Shown: positions 29,039 to 38,688, counted from the first letter of the stretch. The stretch: 64,000 nt of DNA from Sphingomonadales bacterium UBA6157 (GCA_002423025.1 DIUN01000006.1:6903-70902); one strand, 5' to 3'. Numbers and translations are program-made. Notes: generated from the sequence alone by a model not told the origin.

Positions 29039-29731
29039 TCACGGTGTTCCTGACCCAGTTTGCGGGCCGGGGCCTTGTCCAAACCATTCGGGGATATCAA
29101 CTCCCATCTCTCGGGCGCGCTCCCTAGCTGTCTCCTGCATCTGGTTTCGCAGTCGCTGGCGCTCGGCCTCGGTTGAGGCGCTGCGCATGCGCTGATGAAA
29201 TTGCAGCCGCTCCTCTTCGGTCAGCATCCGAGCGACAGCATAACCGGGGCGCGATCCGGCCGGGCCAAAGGGCGCATCCACGCCGAGGTCGCGTGCACGG
29301 GCTGTGATTGTGGCCCGGTGCTGTTCGCGTGTGGTGTTGCGCTCTTGCTCTGTGCGAGCTGCGCGCATCTGCTGTTGGAACTGCTGGCGCTCGGTGTTGG
29401 TCAGCAACTCCCAACTGGAGAGCGAGCCTTCTATGGCCTGGCTGGTTTGCAGACGGTCCCTGTCGCGATCGCGATCCCGATCGCCGCCAGGAGTACCAGT
29501 CTGGTCGCGGAGTCGATCCTGATCGCGTAGCTTGTCCTGATCCTTGAGCCGATCCATGTCGCGCAGCCGGTCACGATCTCCCAAAGCCGGGGTGCTGGGA
29601 GGAGCAGATGGCTGCATCGTGCCGATTCCGCCTCCCATGGTGCCTCCCATCCCGCCGCCGCCGTGCTGTGCTAGGACGGGTACGGAAATCGTCAGCAATA
29701 GAAGGCCGACGGTAACCTTTGACAATTGCAC
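29039..29731 (-). CDS. Secreted low-complexity protein with a DR-rich repeat and two LTxxQ/CpxP-Spy-like helical modules
   Basis: Signal peptide MQLSKVTVGLLLLTISVPVLA. Duplicated module LTNTERQQFQQQMRAARTEQER...DLGVD / LTEEERLQFHQRMRSASTEAER...EMGVD. Confidence 0.6.
   Translation of the reverse strand: MQLSKVTVGLLLLTISVPVLAQHGGGGMGGTMGGGIGTMQPSAPPSTPALGDRDRLRDMDRLKDQDKLRDQDRLRDQTGTPGGDRDRDRDRDRLQTSQAIEGSLSSWELLTNTERQQFQQQMRAARTEQERNTTREQHRATITARARDLGVDAPFGPAGSRPGYAVARMLTEEERLQFHQRMRSASTEAERQRLRNQMQETARERAREMGVDIPEWFGQGPGPQTGSGTP
29450..29578 (-). repeat. In-frame 18-nt (6-aa) tandem repeat and a DR dipeptide run inside the 29039..29731 CDS
   Basis: The protein reads DRLRDM DRLKDQ DKLRDQ DRLRDQ, then GGDRDRDRDRDRL. 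The DNA shows GATCGN-type periodicity. Confidence 0.6.
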
Positions 29732-29895
29732 TGCGATTCTCCTCTTGCCACTGCGGCTCGGAGTCGTCTCAGGCGATACTGGAGTGCAAATAAACCAGAT
29801 CGCCGGGAAAATCCGGCCAGGGCAGAGGTCAATATTGGCTATTTGGTTATGGCTGAATCCGCAATTCTACTCTTCGTGTATCTGCGTAATGCTTT

Positions 29896-30273
29896 CTAAT
29901 CTCGCGTTTCAGCTGGAGTAGCATGGGCCTGGAGATGTCCGAGTGCTGTTGTTTCCAGCGTTTTTACATGAGTAGCTTCAAGCAAAACTTCAGGTGCAAA
30001 GCCAGCTATACGGGCCTCTTCCCAGCGCGCCGCGCAGAGGCACCAGCGATCACCGGGAACAAGGCCAGGAAAGCCGAACTCGGGACGAGGGGTGGTAAGG
30101 TCATTGCCGCGCGACTTAGAGAATTCGAGGAAATCCGCAGTCACTACGGCGCAGACTGTGTGGCGGCCCTGGTCATTGCCATCGGTGTTGCAGCAGCCAT
30201 CCCGGTGCCAGCCAGTGAGTGGATCCATTGAGCAGAGGGTCAGGTCCGTGCCGAGCACGTTTCGCGCTGTCAT
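29896..30273 (-). CDS. DUF2237 family protein
   Basis: PLTGWHRDGCCNTDGNDQGRHTVCA ... GDRWCLCAARW, a characteristic DUF2237 cysteine pattern. Confidence 0.85.
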   Translation of the reverse strand: MTARNVLGTDLTLCSMDPLTGWHRDGCCNTDGNDQGRHTVCAVVTADFLEFSKSRGNDLTTPRPEFGFPGLVPGDRWCLCAARWEEARIAGFAPEVLLEATHVKTLETTALGHLQAHATPAETRD

Positions 30274-31307
30274 GCTGCTTTACCCTGTTTAGCCCAATGT
30301 GCGGCCCATATGGTGGCTGCGACCAGGCAGGCACCGCCAGCCTGGTGCAGCACGCCGAGCGGCAGCGCCACGCCACTGAGCACCGTTGCAACGCCTAGTC
30401 CAAATTGCGCCAGCACTGCGCTTGCGAGCGCCAGCGCCCGGATGCCGGCGCCAGCCCTCCAAAGCCGCAGAGCGATAAATAGTGCCGCGGCTGCCACGGC
30501 ATAGGCAAGGCTGCGATGCAGGAAATGAACGGTCACCGGGCTGTTGATGAGGTCGGCGGCTTGCTCCACCAGCCCCTGCGGCACCAACCGGCCGAACATC
30601 AGCGGCCAAGTGTTCGAGGCATGGCCAGCACGCAGACCTGCAACAAAGGCGCCCCAAATGATCTGCGTTGCCAAGAGCAGCATGAAAGGGACGACCCAGC
30701 GGTGGGGGCGCTGTGTCTGCGCCGGCTCGCTGCGGCGCAAATCGAGTGCAGTCCAAATGCAGCCGGCCATGATGGTGAGTGCGACGGAGAGGTGCACTGC
30801 CAGGCGCTCATGCGCCACCTCAGTGCGACCGACGAGGCCGGAAGAGACCATCCACCAGCCGATCGTGCCTTGCAGGCCGCCCAGTGCCAGCAGTGCGAGC
30901 AGCCGCGACTTGTAGCCTGCAGGGATGGCGTGCCGAACCCAGAAGATCGCCAACGGAAGCGCATAGGCCAGCCCGATGACTCGGCCGAGAAGGCGGTGGA
31001 CATATTCCCAGAAGAAGATGCCCTTGAACTCGGCCAGGCTCATGCCGCGGTTCATGAGTTGATATTGCGAGGTGGCTTTATAAGCGGCGAACTCGGCGGA
31101 CCAGGCAGCTTCGTTCAGCGGTGGCAAGGTGCCCGAGACGACATCCCAGCGCACGATGGAAAGGCCGGATTCGGTGAGTCGGGTGATGCCGCCGACAACA
31201 ACCATCGCGAACACCAGCGTGGCGACGCCGAGCAGCCACAGCGCCAATGCACGCGGGCGGGCAGAAGCAGAGGATGTGGCAGCAAGCGAATGGGCTAGGG
31301 TGACCAT
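30270..31307 (-). CDS. ctaA: Heme A synthase (COX15/CtaA)
   Basis: Eight-TM protein with GGITRLTESGLSIVRWD and conserved His residues (EYVHR, HLSVAL, FLHRSLA). ATGA overlap with the DUF2237 gene. Confidence 0.9.
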   Translation of the reverse strand: MVTLAHSLAATSSASARPRALALWLLGVATLVFAMVVVGGITRLTESGLSIVRWDVVSGTLPPLNEAAWSAEFAAYKATSQYQLMNRGMSLAEFKGIFFWEYVHRLLGRVIGLAYALPLAIFWVRHAIPAGYKSRLLALLALGGLQGTIGWWMVSSGLVGRTEVAHERLAVHLSVALTIMAGCIWTALDLRRSEPAQTQRPHRWVVPFMLLLATQIIWGAFVAGLRAGHASNTWPLMFGRLVPQGLVEQAADLINSPVTVHFLHRSLAYAVAAAALFIALRLWRAGAGIRALALASAVLAQFGLGVATVLSGVALPLGVLHQAGGACLVAATIWAAHWAKQGKAA

Positions 31308-31470
31308 GGTGGTGCTTTGCCGGAAATGCTGCGCGCGGCCAAGTGCACGATAGTCGCGGCGGTCTGACCCCTGTCAGGAGCGCTACCTGCCGTAGGTGAT
31401 GGTATGTGATACTGTCTTTGGCGTTGGCGGCCATGTTGACAAATGATGATGTGATATTGTATCAAGCATA

Positions 31471-31836
31471 ATGAGCAAGCGGTTCTCATCGATTCTGGAC
31501 AAGACAGCCATGACCCTTTCCGGGCTGTGCCTGTTGCACTGCCTGGCTGGCTCGTTGTTGCTGGCGGTGTTCGCCATTTCTGGCGGATTGCTCAGCCATG
31601 AAGTGCATTTCATCGGCTTGGCGCTGGCCCTCCCTCTGGCGGCAGTGGCGCTTTGGCGCGGCCTGTTGATCCACGGCCGAGTGGCCGTGGCGCTGCTCGG
31701 CGCGGTTGGCATCGGCCTGATGGCTGCGTCGCTCTTGCCGGGCCATGGCGCGTCCGGAGAGATATGGCTTTCTATGATCGGTGTGAGCGTCCTGGGGGCT
31801 GCCCATTGGTGGAACTTGCGGGCGGTCCGCCACTAA
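31471..31836 (+). CDS. MerC-domain membrane protein (putative metal transporter)
   Basis: DKTAMTLSGLCLLHCLAGSLL N-terminal Cys-x3-Cys-containing helix. Four hydrophobic helices. Confidence 0.7.
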   Translation: MSKRFSSILDKTAMTLSGLCLLHCLAGSLLLAVFAISGGLLSHEVHFIGLALALPLAAVALWRGLLIHGRVAVALLGAVGIGLMAASLLPGHGASGEIWLSMIGVSVLGAAHWWNLRAVRH

Positions 31837-32006
31837 CGTCAGTTCTGGACGCTGCAACGCAGTTTCGACCATTTTCGCGACGCGTTGAACGGTAACATTC
31901 AATCAAATGCCAGTTCATTCAGTGATCATGCCTTTTTTTCGTGGAATTTTACAATTTGAGGTTGTGTAAGGTTGCGATAGTCGGCTGGAAGGCCGATATT
32001 AAAGTG

Positions 32007-32492
32007 ATGGCCACGACTCCGCATAATCAACCGCATCACCACCACGATCGTGTCGGCGCATCGCTGGCGCGGGCAGCTGAGACTGCGCTGGTTTCGGCCG
32101 GTGAGCAGTGGACAAGTATGCGCGCGGCGGTGTTCTCCGCCCTTGCCAGCTTCGACCGGCCGGCGAGCGCCTATGACGTGACCGACGCAGTGAGCGCTGC
32201 GCAAGGCCGGCGTGTTGCCGCCAATAGCGTCTATCGCATTCTTGACCTGTTCGTGGCGCGCAATGTCGCGACACGGGTGGAGAGCGCCAACGCCTATATC
32301 GCCAATGCCCATCCTGAGTGCATGCATGACTGCATCTTCCTGGTGTGTGACACCTGCGGCGGTGCGACGCATATCGACGACGATGTGCTCTCAAAGCGCA
32401 TTCGCGAGACGGCTGAGTCCAAGGGCTTTCGAGCCGAAAAGCCGGTCATCGAGGTGCGCGGTCGTTGCGCACGCTGTGCTGCTGACGCCTGA
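32007..32492 (+). CDS. zur: Fur-family regulator, Zur-like
   Basis: His-rich N-terminus ([10 protein letters not shown]), winged helix ([10 protein letters not shown]), and CxxC pairs (VCDTCGG, RCARC). Start at ATG 32007. Confidence 0.75.
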   Translation: MATTPHNQPHHHHDRVGASLARAAETALVSAGEQWTSMRAAVFSALASFDRPASAYDVTDAVSAAQGRRVAANSVYRILDLFVARNVATRVESANAYIANAHPECMHDCIFLVCDTCGGATHIDDDVLSKRIRETAESKGFRAEKPVIEVRGRCARCAADA

Positions 32493-32608
32493 AAGCCACA
32501 GCGGCCGACTGTAACGGCCAATTGACACTCTGCTTGCCATCCGCCGCATCGACTCCGGTCGGTCAACCGGCTAGCCTATCATCAAGACTCAATAATTCTG
32601 GCGGACTT

Positions 32609-34540
32609 GTGATCCAAAGACCCCACACTCCTCTGCTCGATACCGTCAATGTGCCGGCAGACATGAAGCGTCTCTCTCATGCCGAGCTGCGGCAACTGGC
32701 AGACGAACTGCGCACTGAAATGATCGATGCAGTCTCCACAACCGGCGGCCATCTGGGCGCCGGATTGGGCGTGATCGAACTGACTGTGGCGCTGCACTAT
32801 GTCTTCAATACGCCCGACGACCGGTTGATCTGGGATGTTGGCCACCAGGCTTATCCGCACAAAATCCTGACCGGCCGGCGTGATCGCATCCGCACGCTGC
32901 GGCAGGGCGGCGGGCTATCCGGTTTCACGAAGCGCGCCGAGAGCGAATATGATCCCTTTGGTGCGGCCCACAGCTCCACTTCCATCTCGGCTGCACTGGG
33001 GTTTGCTATCGCGAACAAGCTGCAGGGCAAGCCGGGCAAGGCGATCGCTGTCATCGGAGATGGCGCCATGTCTGCAGGGATGGCCTATGAGGCGATGAAC
33101 AATGCTGCCCAGGCCGGCAATCGGCTGGTGGTAATTCTTAACGACAACGACATGTCGATTGCGCCACCTGTTGGGGCGCTTTCTGCCTATTTGGCGCGGC
33201 TGCTCTCCTCGCGATCGTTCCTGGGGCTGCGTGAGGCCGTCAAGCAACTGGCGCGGCGGGCGCTTCCCAAGCCGTTGCACGACGCGGCGCGCCGGGCAGA
33301 GGAATATGCTCGCGGCATGGCCCAGGGTGGCGGCACACTGTTCGAGGAACTCGGGTTTTACTATGTTGGCCCAATCGATGGCCATAATCTTGAGCATCTT
33401 CTGCCGGTTCTGGAGAATGTGCGCGATGCATCGGAAGGTCCCATTCTCGTTCATGTCGTGACGCAGAAGGGCAAGGGTTATGGCCCGGCCGAAGCTGCGG
33501 CTGACAAGTATCACGGCGTCGTGAAGTTTGACGTGGTTTCGGGTGCCCAGGCCAAATCCACTCCCAAGGCGCCGAACTACCAGAACGTCTTCGGAGACGC
33601 GCTGGTAGAAGAAGCCAATCGTGACGCGAGCATCGTTTCCATCACGGCTGCAATGCCTTCCGGCACAGGCGTCGATCGCTTTGAAAAGGCCTTTCCGGAG
33701 CGCACATTCGATGTAGGCATTGCCGAGCAGCATGCCGTGACCTTCGCGGCCGGGCTCGCGGCGCAGGGCATGCGACCATTCTGCGCCATTTACTCCACAT
33801 TCCTGCAGCGCGCTTATGATCAGGTCGTCCATGACGTGGCGATCCAGAACTTGCCTGTGCGCTTCGGTATTGATCGCGCCGGACTGGTGGGTGCTGACGG
33901 CTGCACCCATGCCGGCGCCTTTGACGTGACCTACCTCGCCACGCTTCCGAATTTTGTGGTGATGGCCGCTTCAGATGAAGCCGAACTGGCTGACATGGTG
34001 CACACCATGGCGCTTCACGATGCCGGGCCGATTGCGGTGCGCTACCCACGCGGTGAGGGTACAGGCGTCGCTATTCCGGCCGTGCGGACGCAACTTGAAA
34101 TCGGCAAAGGCCGGCTTGTGCGCGAGGGCAAGACAGTGGCAATCCTCTCGCTCGGTACTCGATTGGGCGATGCTCTGAAGGCTGCTGATGAGTTGGAGAA
34201 CAAGGGTCTTTCCACCAGCGTGGCAGACATGCGCTTTGCCAAGCCACTCGATCATGATCTTATCCGTAAACTCGCCATCACGCATGAAGTGTTGGTGACG
34301 GTGGAAGAGGGCGCCACCGGCGGCTTCGGCGCGCATGTGCTGACCTGGCTTTCCGATGAAGGCTTGACGGACGCCGGCCTCAAGGTACGCACGCTGCGCC
34401 TGCCAGACCTTTTCCAGGATCATGACACTCCGGCCAAGCAGATGGCGGATGCCGGGCTGGATGCGCCAGCTATCGTGGTGGCGGTGCTTGAAGCGCTGCG
34501 CCACAACAGCGTCGGGCTTGTCGAAAGCGTGCGAGCGTAA
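32609..34540 (+). CDS. dxs: 1-deoxy-D-xylulose-5-phosphate synthase
   Basis: [44 protein letters not shown]. Start taken at the in-frame GTG at 32609 ([12 protein letters not shown]), giving ~643 aa. Confidence 0.95.
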   Translation: MIQRPHTPLLDTVNVPADMKRLSHAELRQLADELRTEMIDAVSTTGGHLGAGLGVIELTVALHYVFNTPDDRLIWDVGHQAYPHKILTGRRDRIRTLRQGGGLSGFTKRAESEYDPFGAAHSSTSISAALGFAIANKLQGKPGKAIAVIGDGAMSAGMAYEAMNNAAQAGNRLVVILNDNDMSIAPPVGALSAYLARLLSSRSFLGLREAVKQLARRALPKPLHDAARRAEEYARGMAQGGGTLFEELGFYYVGPIDGHNLEHLLPVLENVRDASEGPILVHVVTQKGKGYGPAEAAADKYHGVVKFDVVSGAQAKSTPKAPNYQNVFGDALVEEANRDASIVSITAAMPSGTGVDRFEKAFPERTFDVGIAEQHAVTFAAGLAAQGMRPFCAIYSTFLQRAYDQVVHDVAIQNLPVRFGIDRAGLVGADGCTHAGAFDVTYLATLPNFVVMAASDEAELADMVHTMALHDAGPIAVRYPRGEGTGVAIPAVRTQLEIGKGRLVREGKTVAILSLGTRLGDALKAADELENKGLSTSVADMRFAKPLDHDLIRKLAITHEVLVTVEEGATGGFGAHVLTWLSDEGLTDAGLKVRTLRLPDLFQDHDTPAKQMADAGLDAPAIVVAVLEALRHNSVGLVESVRA

Positions 34541-34748
34541 GCTGTAAGGTAAAGGCTCACCGACTTTACAGTTGGCCTTGCGGATACAAACTCCGCATAT
34601 TATGCATTGTAAGCGCCGTCGTGACGGGGAGGGCCTCCGACGGCGCATCCTTCCCAAAACTGGTAACTCTGTATCCGCACTGCGGCCTGTTGACAGGCTG
34701 TCCATGAGGGCACTCGACCGCGCGCACTTGCTCGCTTAAGGCCAGCCG

Positions 34749-35975
34749 ATGAATATTGCCGCGCCGCACCATCAGACGACGAGCCGTGTGCCGACCCGCG
34801 GGGAAATTCTGCTGCTTGGCTCGCTTACGGCCTTTGGCGCTGTGACAATCGATCTCTACCTGCCGACGCTGCCGACCATCTCCCGGGCGTTCAATGCCTC
34901 TGCGGCGACGGTGCAACTCACGTTCACGGTTTTCTTCATCGGCATGGCGCTTGGACAGCTGGTCTATGGCCCAGTGAGTGACAGGCTTGGTCGTCGGCCA
35001 GCGATCTTGTTTGGGTGCGTGCTGTATGTGGCTGCGAGCCTTGCCTGCGCTTTTGCACCCACTATCGAGTGGCTGGTCTTCGGGCGCTTTGTGCAGGCGT
35101 TGGGCTGTTGTGCCGGCATGGTTGTGGCGCGCGCCGTGGTGCGGGACAGGTACGACCACCGCGATTCCGCGCGGATATTCTCGTTGCTGGTGCTGGTTCT
35201 GGCCGTTGCGCCGCTGGTAGCGCCAACGCTTGGCGGATGGCTGGCCCAAGCTCTTAGCTGGCGCGCGGTGTTCGTGGTACTCGCGGGGTTCGGAGCGGCA
35301 ATACTGTTGACTGTGTGGTTCCGGCTTGACGAGAGCCGCTCAGCCGCCACCGAGACGAAGGCCCGCGGTGAGACGGTGCTTGGCAGCTATCTCGATCTTC
35401 TCAGCCAGCGCCGGTTGGTCGGCTACATCCTTGTTGGCGCCTGCAATGGCGCGACCCTATTCAGCTATATCGCCACAGCGCCCGATCTGGTCATCGATAT
35501 CTGGGGCTTCAGCCCCGGCGAATTCAGCGCCATCTTTGCCGGCATAGCCGTTGGAGTCATCGGGTCGTCGCAGGTTAATCGTCGCCTGCTGAGCACGTTC
35601 ACGCCGGATCGTATCCTCGGGACGGCCTGCATCGTGGCCTTTGGATTCGGTGTGGTGCTGCTCGCTCTGGCGCTGGCCGGCGCTGACAAATGGTTGATCA
35701 TGGGTGGGATGTTCTGCGTGCTCACTTCAAATGGCTTCATAGCTGCAAATGCGTTGGCCGGTGCGTTGAATGTTGATCCGCTGCGTGCCGGAGCAACTTC
35801 GGGCGTGTTCGGCGCAGGCAATTTCGCGGTGGGTGCGCTTGGCTCGGGGCTGGCGGCGGCACTGCATGATGGTACGGCGCGACCAGTGGCATTGGTGATG
35901 GTGATGGCGCTTGCAGGGGCTGCGGCCGCATTCTTCCTGCTTGCACGGCCGCGCAATGCGGTGGAAGCCGGGTGA
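34749..35975 (+). CDS. MFS transporter, Bcr/CflA drug-resistance subfamily
   Basis: 12-TM pattern. GPVSDRLGRRP motif between TM2 and TM3. Confidence 0.85.
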   Translation: MNIAAPHHQTTSRVPTRGEILLLGSLTAFGAVTIDLYLPTLPTISRAFNASAATVQLTFTVFFIGMALGQLVYGPVSDRLGRRPAILFGCVLYVAASLACAFAPTIEWLVFGRFVQALGCCAGMVVARAVVRDRYDHRDSARIFSLLVLVLAVAPLVAPTLGGWLAQALSWRAVFVVLAGFGAAILLTVWFRLDESRSAATETKARGETVLGSYLDLLSQRRLVGYILVGACNGATLFSYIATAPDLVIDIWGFSPGEFSAIFAGIAVGVIGSSQVNRRLLSTFTPDRILGTACIVAFGFGVVLLALALAGADKWLIMGGMFCVLTSNGFIAANALAGALNVDPLRAGATSGVFGAGNFAVGALGSGLAAALHDGTARPVALVMVMALAGAAAAFFLLARPRNAVEAG

Positions 35976-36883
35976 GCGCCGACGCATCAGAGGGTGTCTT
36001 CGGCCTGCGTGCCGGGCTGCTAGCACTGGCAGTTGTGGCGGTGTGGGGCACGAACTTCGTTATCATCCGGCTCGGGCTGGATGCGCTGCCGCCTCTGCTG
36101 TTTGCCGCTTTGCGCTTTGCCGCCGTAGTGGTGCCAGCGGTGTTTTTCCTAAAGCGCCCGCCGGTAAGCTGGGGCACACTGGCGGCCTATGGGCTGGCGA
36201 TCGGTCTTGGCCAATTCGGGCTGTTGTTCATCGCCATTGATGGCTTGATCGCGCCAGGGCTGGCCTCGTTGGTGGTGCAGGTGCAGGTGGTCTTCACTAT
36301 AGGCTTCGCAATGCGCGCCAGCGGCGAGCGGCTGGCGCCGGTGCAATATCTGGCGCTTGCGTTGGCCATTGCCGGCGTCGCTATCATCTTGGCGCACACT
36401 GGGGGCGCCACCACGCCGCTGGGGGTGGCACTGGTACTGGGTGCGGCGCTATGCTGGGCGATCGGCAACATGGTGCAGCGTGCGGCCGGGCGCATCGATA
36501 TGCTGGCCTTCGTTGTCTGGTCGAGCCTCTTCGCCATTCCGCCGCTCTTCGGGCTGGCTCTGATTTTTGAAGGCGCACCGCGCATCGTCGAGGCAGTGGC
36601 AATGGCAGGGCCGTTGGTTTGGCTTGCTGTGGCCTGGCAGGCGGTGGGCAATACCATGTTCGGCTATGGCGCCTGGGGCTGGCTGCTGGCGCGCTACCCG
36701 GCTGGTAGCGTGGCACCGATGGCGCTCCTGGTGCCGGTGTTCGGCATGGGAGCCTCAGCGCTGTGGCTGGCAGAGCCGCTGCCCGGCTGGAAGCTGGGGG
36801 CAGCGGCGCTCATCCTTGGCGGCCTTGCAGTCAATCTGTTCGGGCCACGGCTGTTGGCGCAGCGCGCCGCCAGCCGAGCCTGA
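35972..36883 (+). CDS. EamA/DMT family transporter
   Basis: Ten hydrophobic helices in two EamA halves (WGTNFVIIRLG...). 4-nt overlap with the preceding gene. Confidence 0.85.
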   Translation: MSADASEGVFGLRAGLLALAVVAVWGTNFVIIRLGLDALPPLLFAALRFAAVVVPAVFFLKRPPVSWGTLAAYGLAIGLGQFGLLFIAIDGLIAPGLASLVVQVQVVFTIGFAMRASGERLAPVQYLALALAIAGVAIILAHTGGATTPLGVALVLGAALCWAIGNMVQRAAGRIDMLAFVVWSSLFAIPPLFGLALIFEGAPRIVEAVAMAGPLVWLAVAWQAVGNTMFGYGAWGWLLARYPAGSVAPMALLVPVFGMGASALWLAEPLPGWKLGAAALILGGLAVNLFGPRLLAQRAASRA

Positions 36884-36891
36884 AGCGATTC

Positions 36892-37530
36892 TCAGGCTTT
36901 TGGTTTGAGGTGGAAGTTATAGGGCTCGGTCTTGCCAGCCGCAGCTTGCCAGGCCGGCCGAGCCTGAATGCGCTCGGCATAGGCCTGCACATTCGGGAAA
37001 TGCGCGCCGAGCCCTTGCGCTGCGGCAATCTCGGCGATGAAGCTCATCATGATGTCCGCGCCAGAGAGCGTGTTGTCGATCAGCCAGTCGTTGCTGCCTA
37101 GCCGGCCCGAGAGGTAGGCGACATGCGACCCGATCTGTTCCTGAATGCGCGGCTGCAGCGGCGCTGCGGCTTCGCCGAGGCGAGCCGTGTAGAGCGCCAG
37201 CAGGAACGGTGTCATCGCCGAACCTTCGGCGAAGTGTAGCCACTCCAGATAGGCTTCGTGCGCGGCTGTACCGGCGGCGGGCATCAACTTGCCACCGCCG
37301 TGGCGGCGAAGGATGTAGTCGGTGATGGCGCCCGATTCTATGATGATCTGACCATCGTCCTCCAGCACCGGTGATTTGCCGAGCGGGTGGACAGCCTTCA
37401 GTTCCGGAGGTGCGAGGTTTGTCTCGCTATCGCGGTTGTAGTGCTTGATCTCGTAGGGCGTGCCCAGTTCCTCAAGCAGCCAGAGAATACGCTGCGAGCG
37501 GCTGTTGTTGAGATGGTGGACGATGAGCAT
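36892..37530 (-). CDS. Glutathione S-transferase family protein
   Basis: N-terminal thioredoxin-like fold with SRSQRILWLLEEL and HPLGKSPVLED. Confidence 0.85.
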   Translation of the reverse strand: MLIVHHLNNSRSQRILWLLEELGTPYEIKHYNRDSETNLAPPELKAVHPLGKSPVLEDDGQIIIESGAITDYILRRHGGGKLMPAAGTAAHEAYLEWLHFAEGSAMTPFLLALYTARLGEAAAPLQPRIQEQIGSHVAYLSGRLGSNDWLIDNTLSGADIMMSFIAEIAAAQGLGAHFPNVQAYAERIQARPAWQAAAGKTEPYNFHLKPKA

Positions 37531-37592
37531 GGCGATCTCCCAGAGTTTTGCCGAGCCTAGCGGCTGCGGGCCGTATGTCCTAGCCTGCGAAT

Positions 37593-38000
37593 ATGGCCAT
37601 CATCATTCCGGAAAGTGAGCTTGAAGAGAGCTTTGTGCGCGCCTCGGGGCCGGGGGGGCAGAACGTCAACAAGGTCAGCACGGCGGTGCAGTTGCGTTTT
37701 GATGTGCGCGGGTCGCCATCCCTCTCCGATGACGTTGCCGTGCGGCTCATGCGGTTGGCCGGGAGCCGGATGACACGAGAGGGTGTACTAATCATCAGTG
37801 CTGACAGGTTTCGCACGCAGGAGCGCAACCGTGCTGATGCCCGTGAGCGGCTGGCGGCACTGGTGGCGGAGGCAGAGGTGCGGCCGGTGAAACGCCGCCC
37901 CACCAAGCCGACCCGAGCCGCGGGTGAGCGGCGGCTGGCTGGAAAGGCAGTGCGATCGGGTGTAAAGTCAGGTCGCGCCCGGGTGCGAGCCGATGATTGA
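37593..38000 (+). CDS. arfB: Alternative ribosome-rescue factor ArfB (peptidyl-tRNA hydrolase, RF-1 domain)
   Basis: GPGGQNVNKVSTAV GGQ motif, a ~135-aa protein, and a basic C-terminal tail. Confidence 0.9.
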   Translation: MAIIIPESELEESFVRASGPGGQNVNKVSTAVQLRFDVRGSPSLSDDVAVRLMRLAGSRMTREGVLIISADRFRTQERNRADARERLAALVAEAEVRPVKRRPTKPTRAAGERRLAGKAVRSGVKSGRARVRADD

Positions 38001-38192
38001 TTCCAGCGTGTGATTCAATCTCGGCCAGGGCGCTCTTGATTGAACCTTTTGCGGTCACGACGGTTGGAGCTTGAAGGGTGGGGCGAAGTGGCAGGCTCGA
38101 TGGCTTGCTCTTCAAAAACGCTTTTCGGTTCCCCATATTGGGTTTTCGATATTCAAAGTCCCCCTGCCACGTTTCTTGAAAGGAATTCCCCC

Positions 38193-38564
38193 ATGGCTAT
38201 CAATAGCGATTCTGTCGAAGGCACCATCAACGAAACCGCCGGCTCTGTTCAGGCGACTCTCGGAGAATCTGTCGGCAATGGTTCGATGCAGTTTGACGGC
38301 AAGGTGCGCGAGCTCAAGGGCAAGGCGCAGGAAGCCATCGGCAAAGCCAAGGATGCCTATGGCAAGGCCAGCGAGACTGTGAAGGACTGGGCCGAGCATG
38401 CGCCCGATCAGGTGCGCGAGGCACGCGAAAAGGCTGCCAAGCTCGCCGAAGAAAGCAAGGCCAAGGTTCGCCAGACGGTTCAGGAGCAGCCTATTGCTGT
38501 TCTCGCCGGCGGTATCGCGCTCGGCTTCGTGGTTGGCTGGCTGCTGAGCGGCCGGAAGAACTGA
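38193..38564 (+). CDS. CsbD-like stress protein fused to a DUF883/ElaB-like C-terminal membrane anchor
   Basis: Start at ATG 38193 after AGGAA. CsbD-type GKVRELKGKAQEAIGKAKDAYGK. C-terminal PIAVLAGGIALGFVVGWLLSGR. Confidence 0.7.
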   Translation: MAINSDSVEGTINETAGSVQATLGESVGNGSMQFDGKVRELKGKAQEAIGKAKDAYGKASETVKDWAEHAPDQVREAREKAAKLAEESKAKVRQTVQEQPIAVLAGGIALGFVVGWLLSGRKN

Positions 38565-38652
38565 GGCTTGGCGGGACTGCGCGCGGCACAACTGCGTTCA
38601 GTCCCGCAAGACCAGACGGCGGGCGGCGGCTTTCGTTCGTCAGCCCAATTTT

Positions 38653-38688
38653 ACGGCGCGGGTTTTGCCCGCGCCGTTTTTGTATTTG
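38653..38688 (+). terminator. Intrinsic terminator after the CsbD-like gene
   Basis: 10-bp stem ACGGCGCGGG / CCCGCGCCGT with a 5-nt loop, followed by TTTTTGTATTTG. Confidence 0.75.

Noticed and set aside
38001-38192. A search for an EcfG-type general stress promoter (GGAAC-N16-17-CGTT) upstream of the CsbD-like gene.
   Set aside because: GGAAC occurs only on the opposite strand with the wrong spacing to CGTT. There is no credible match.
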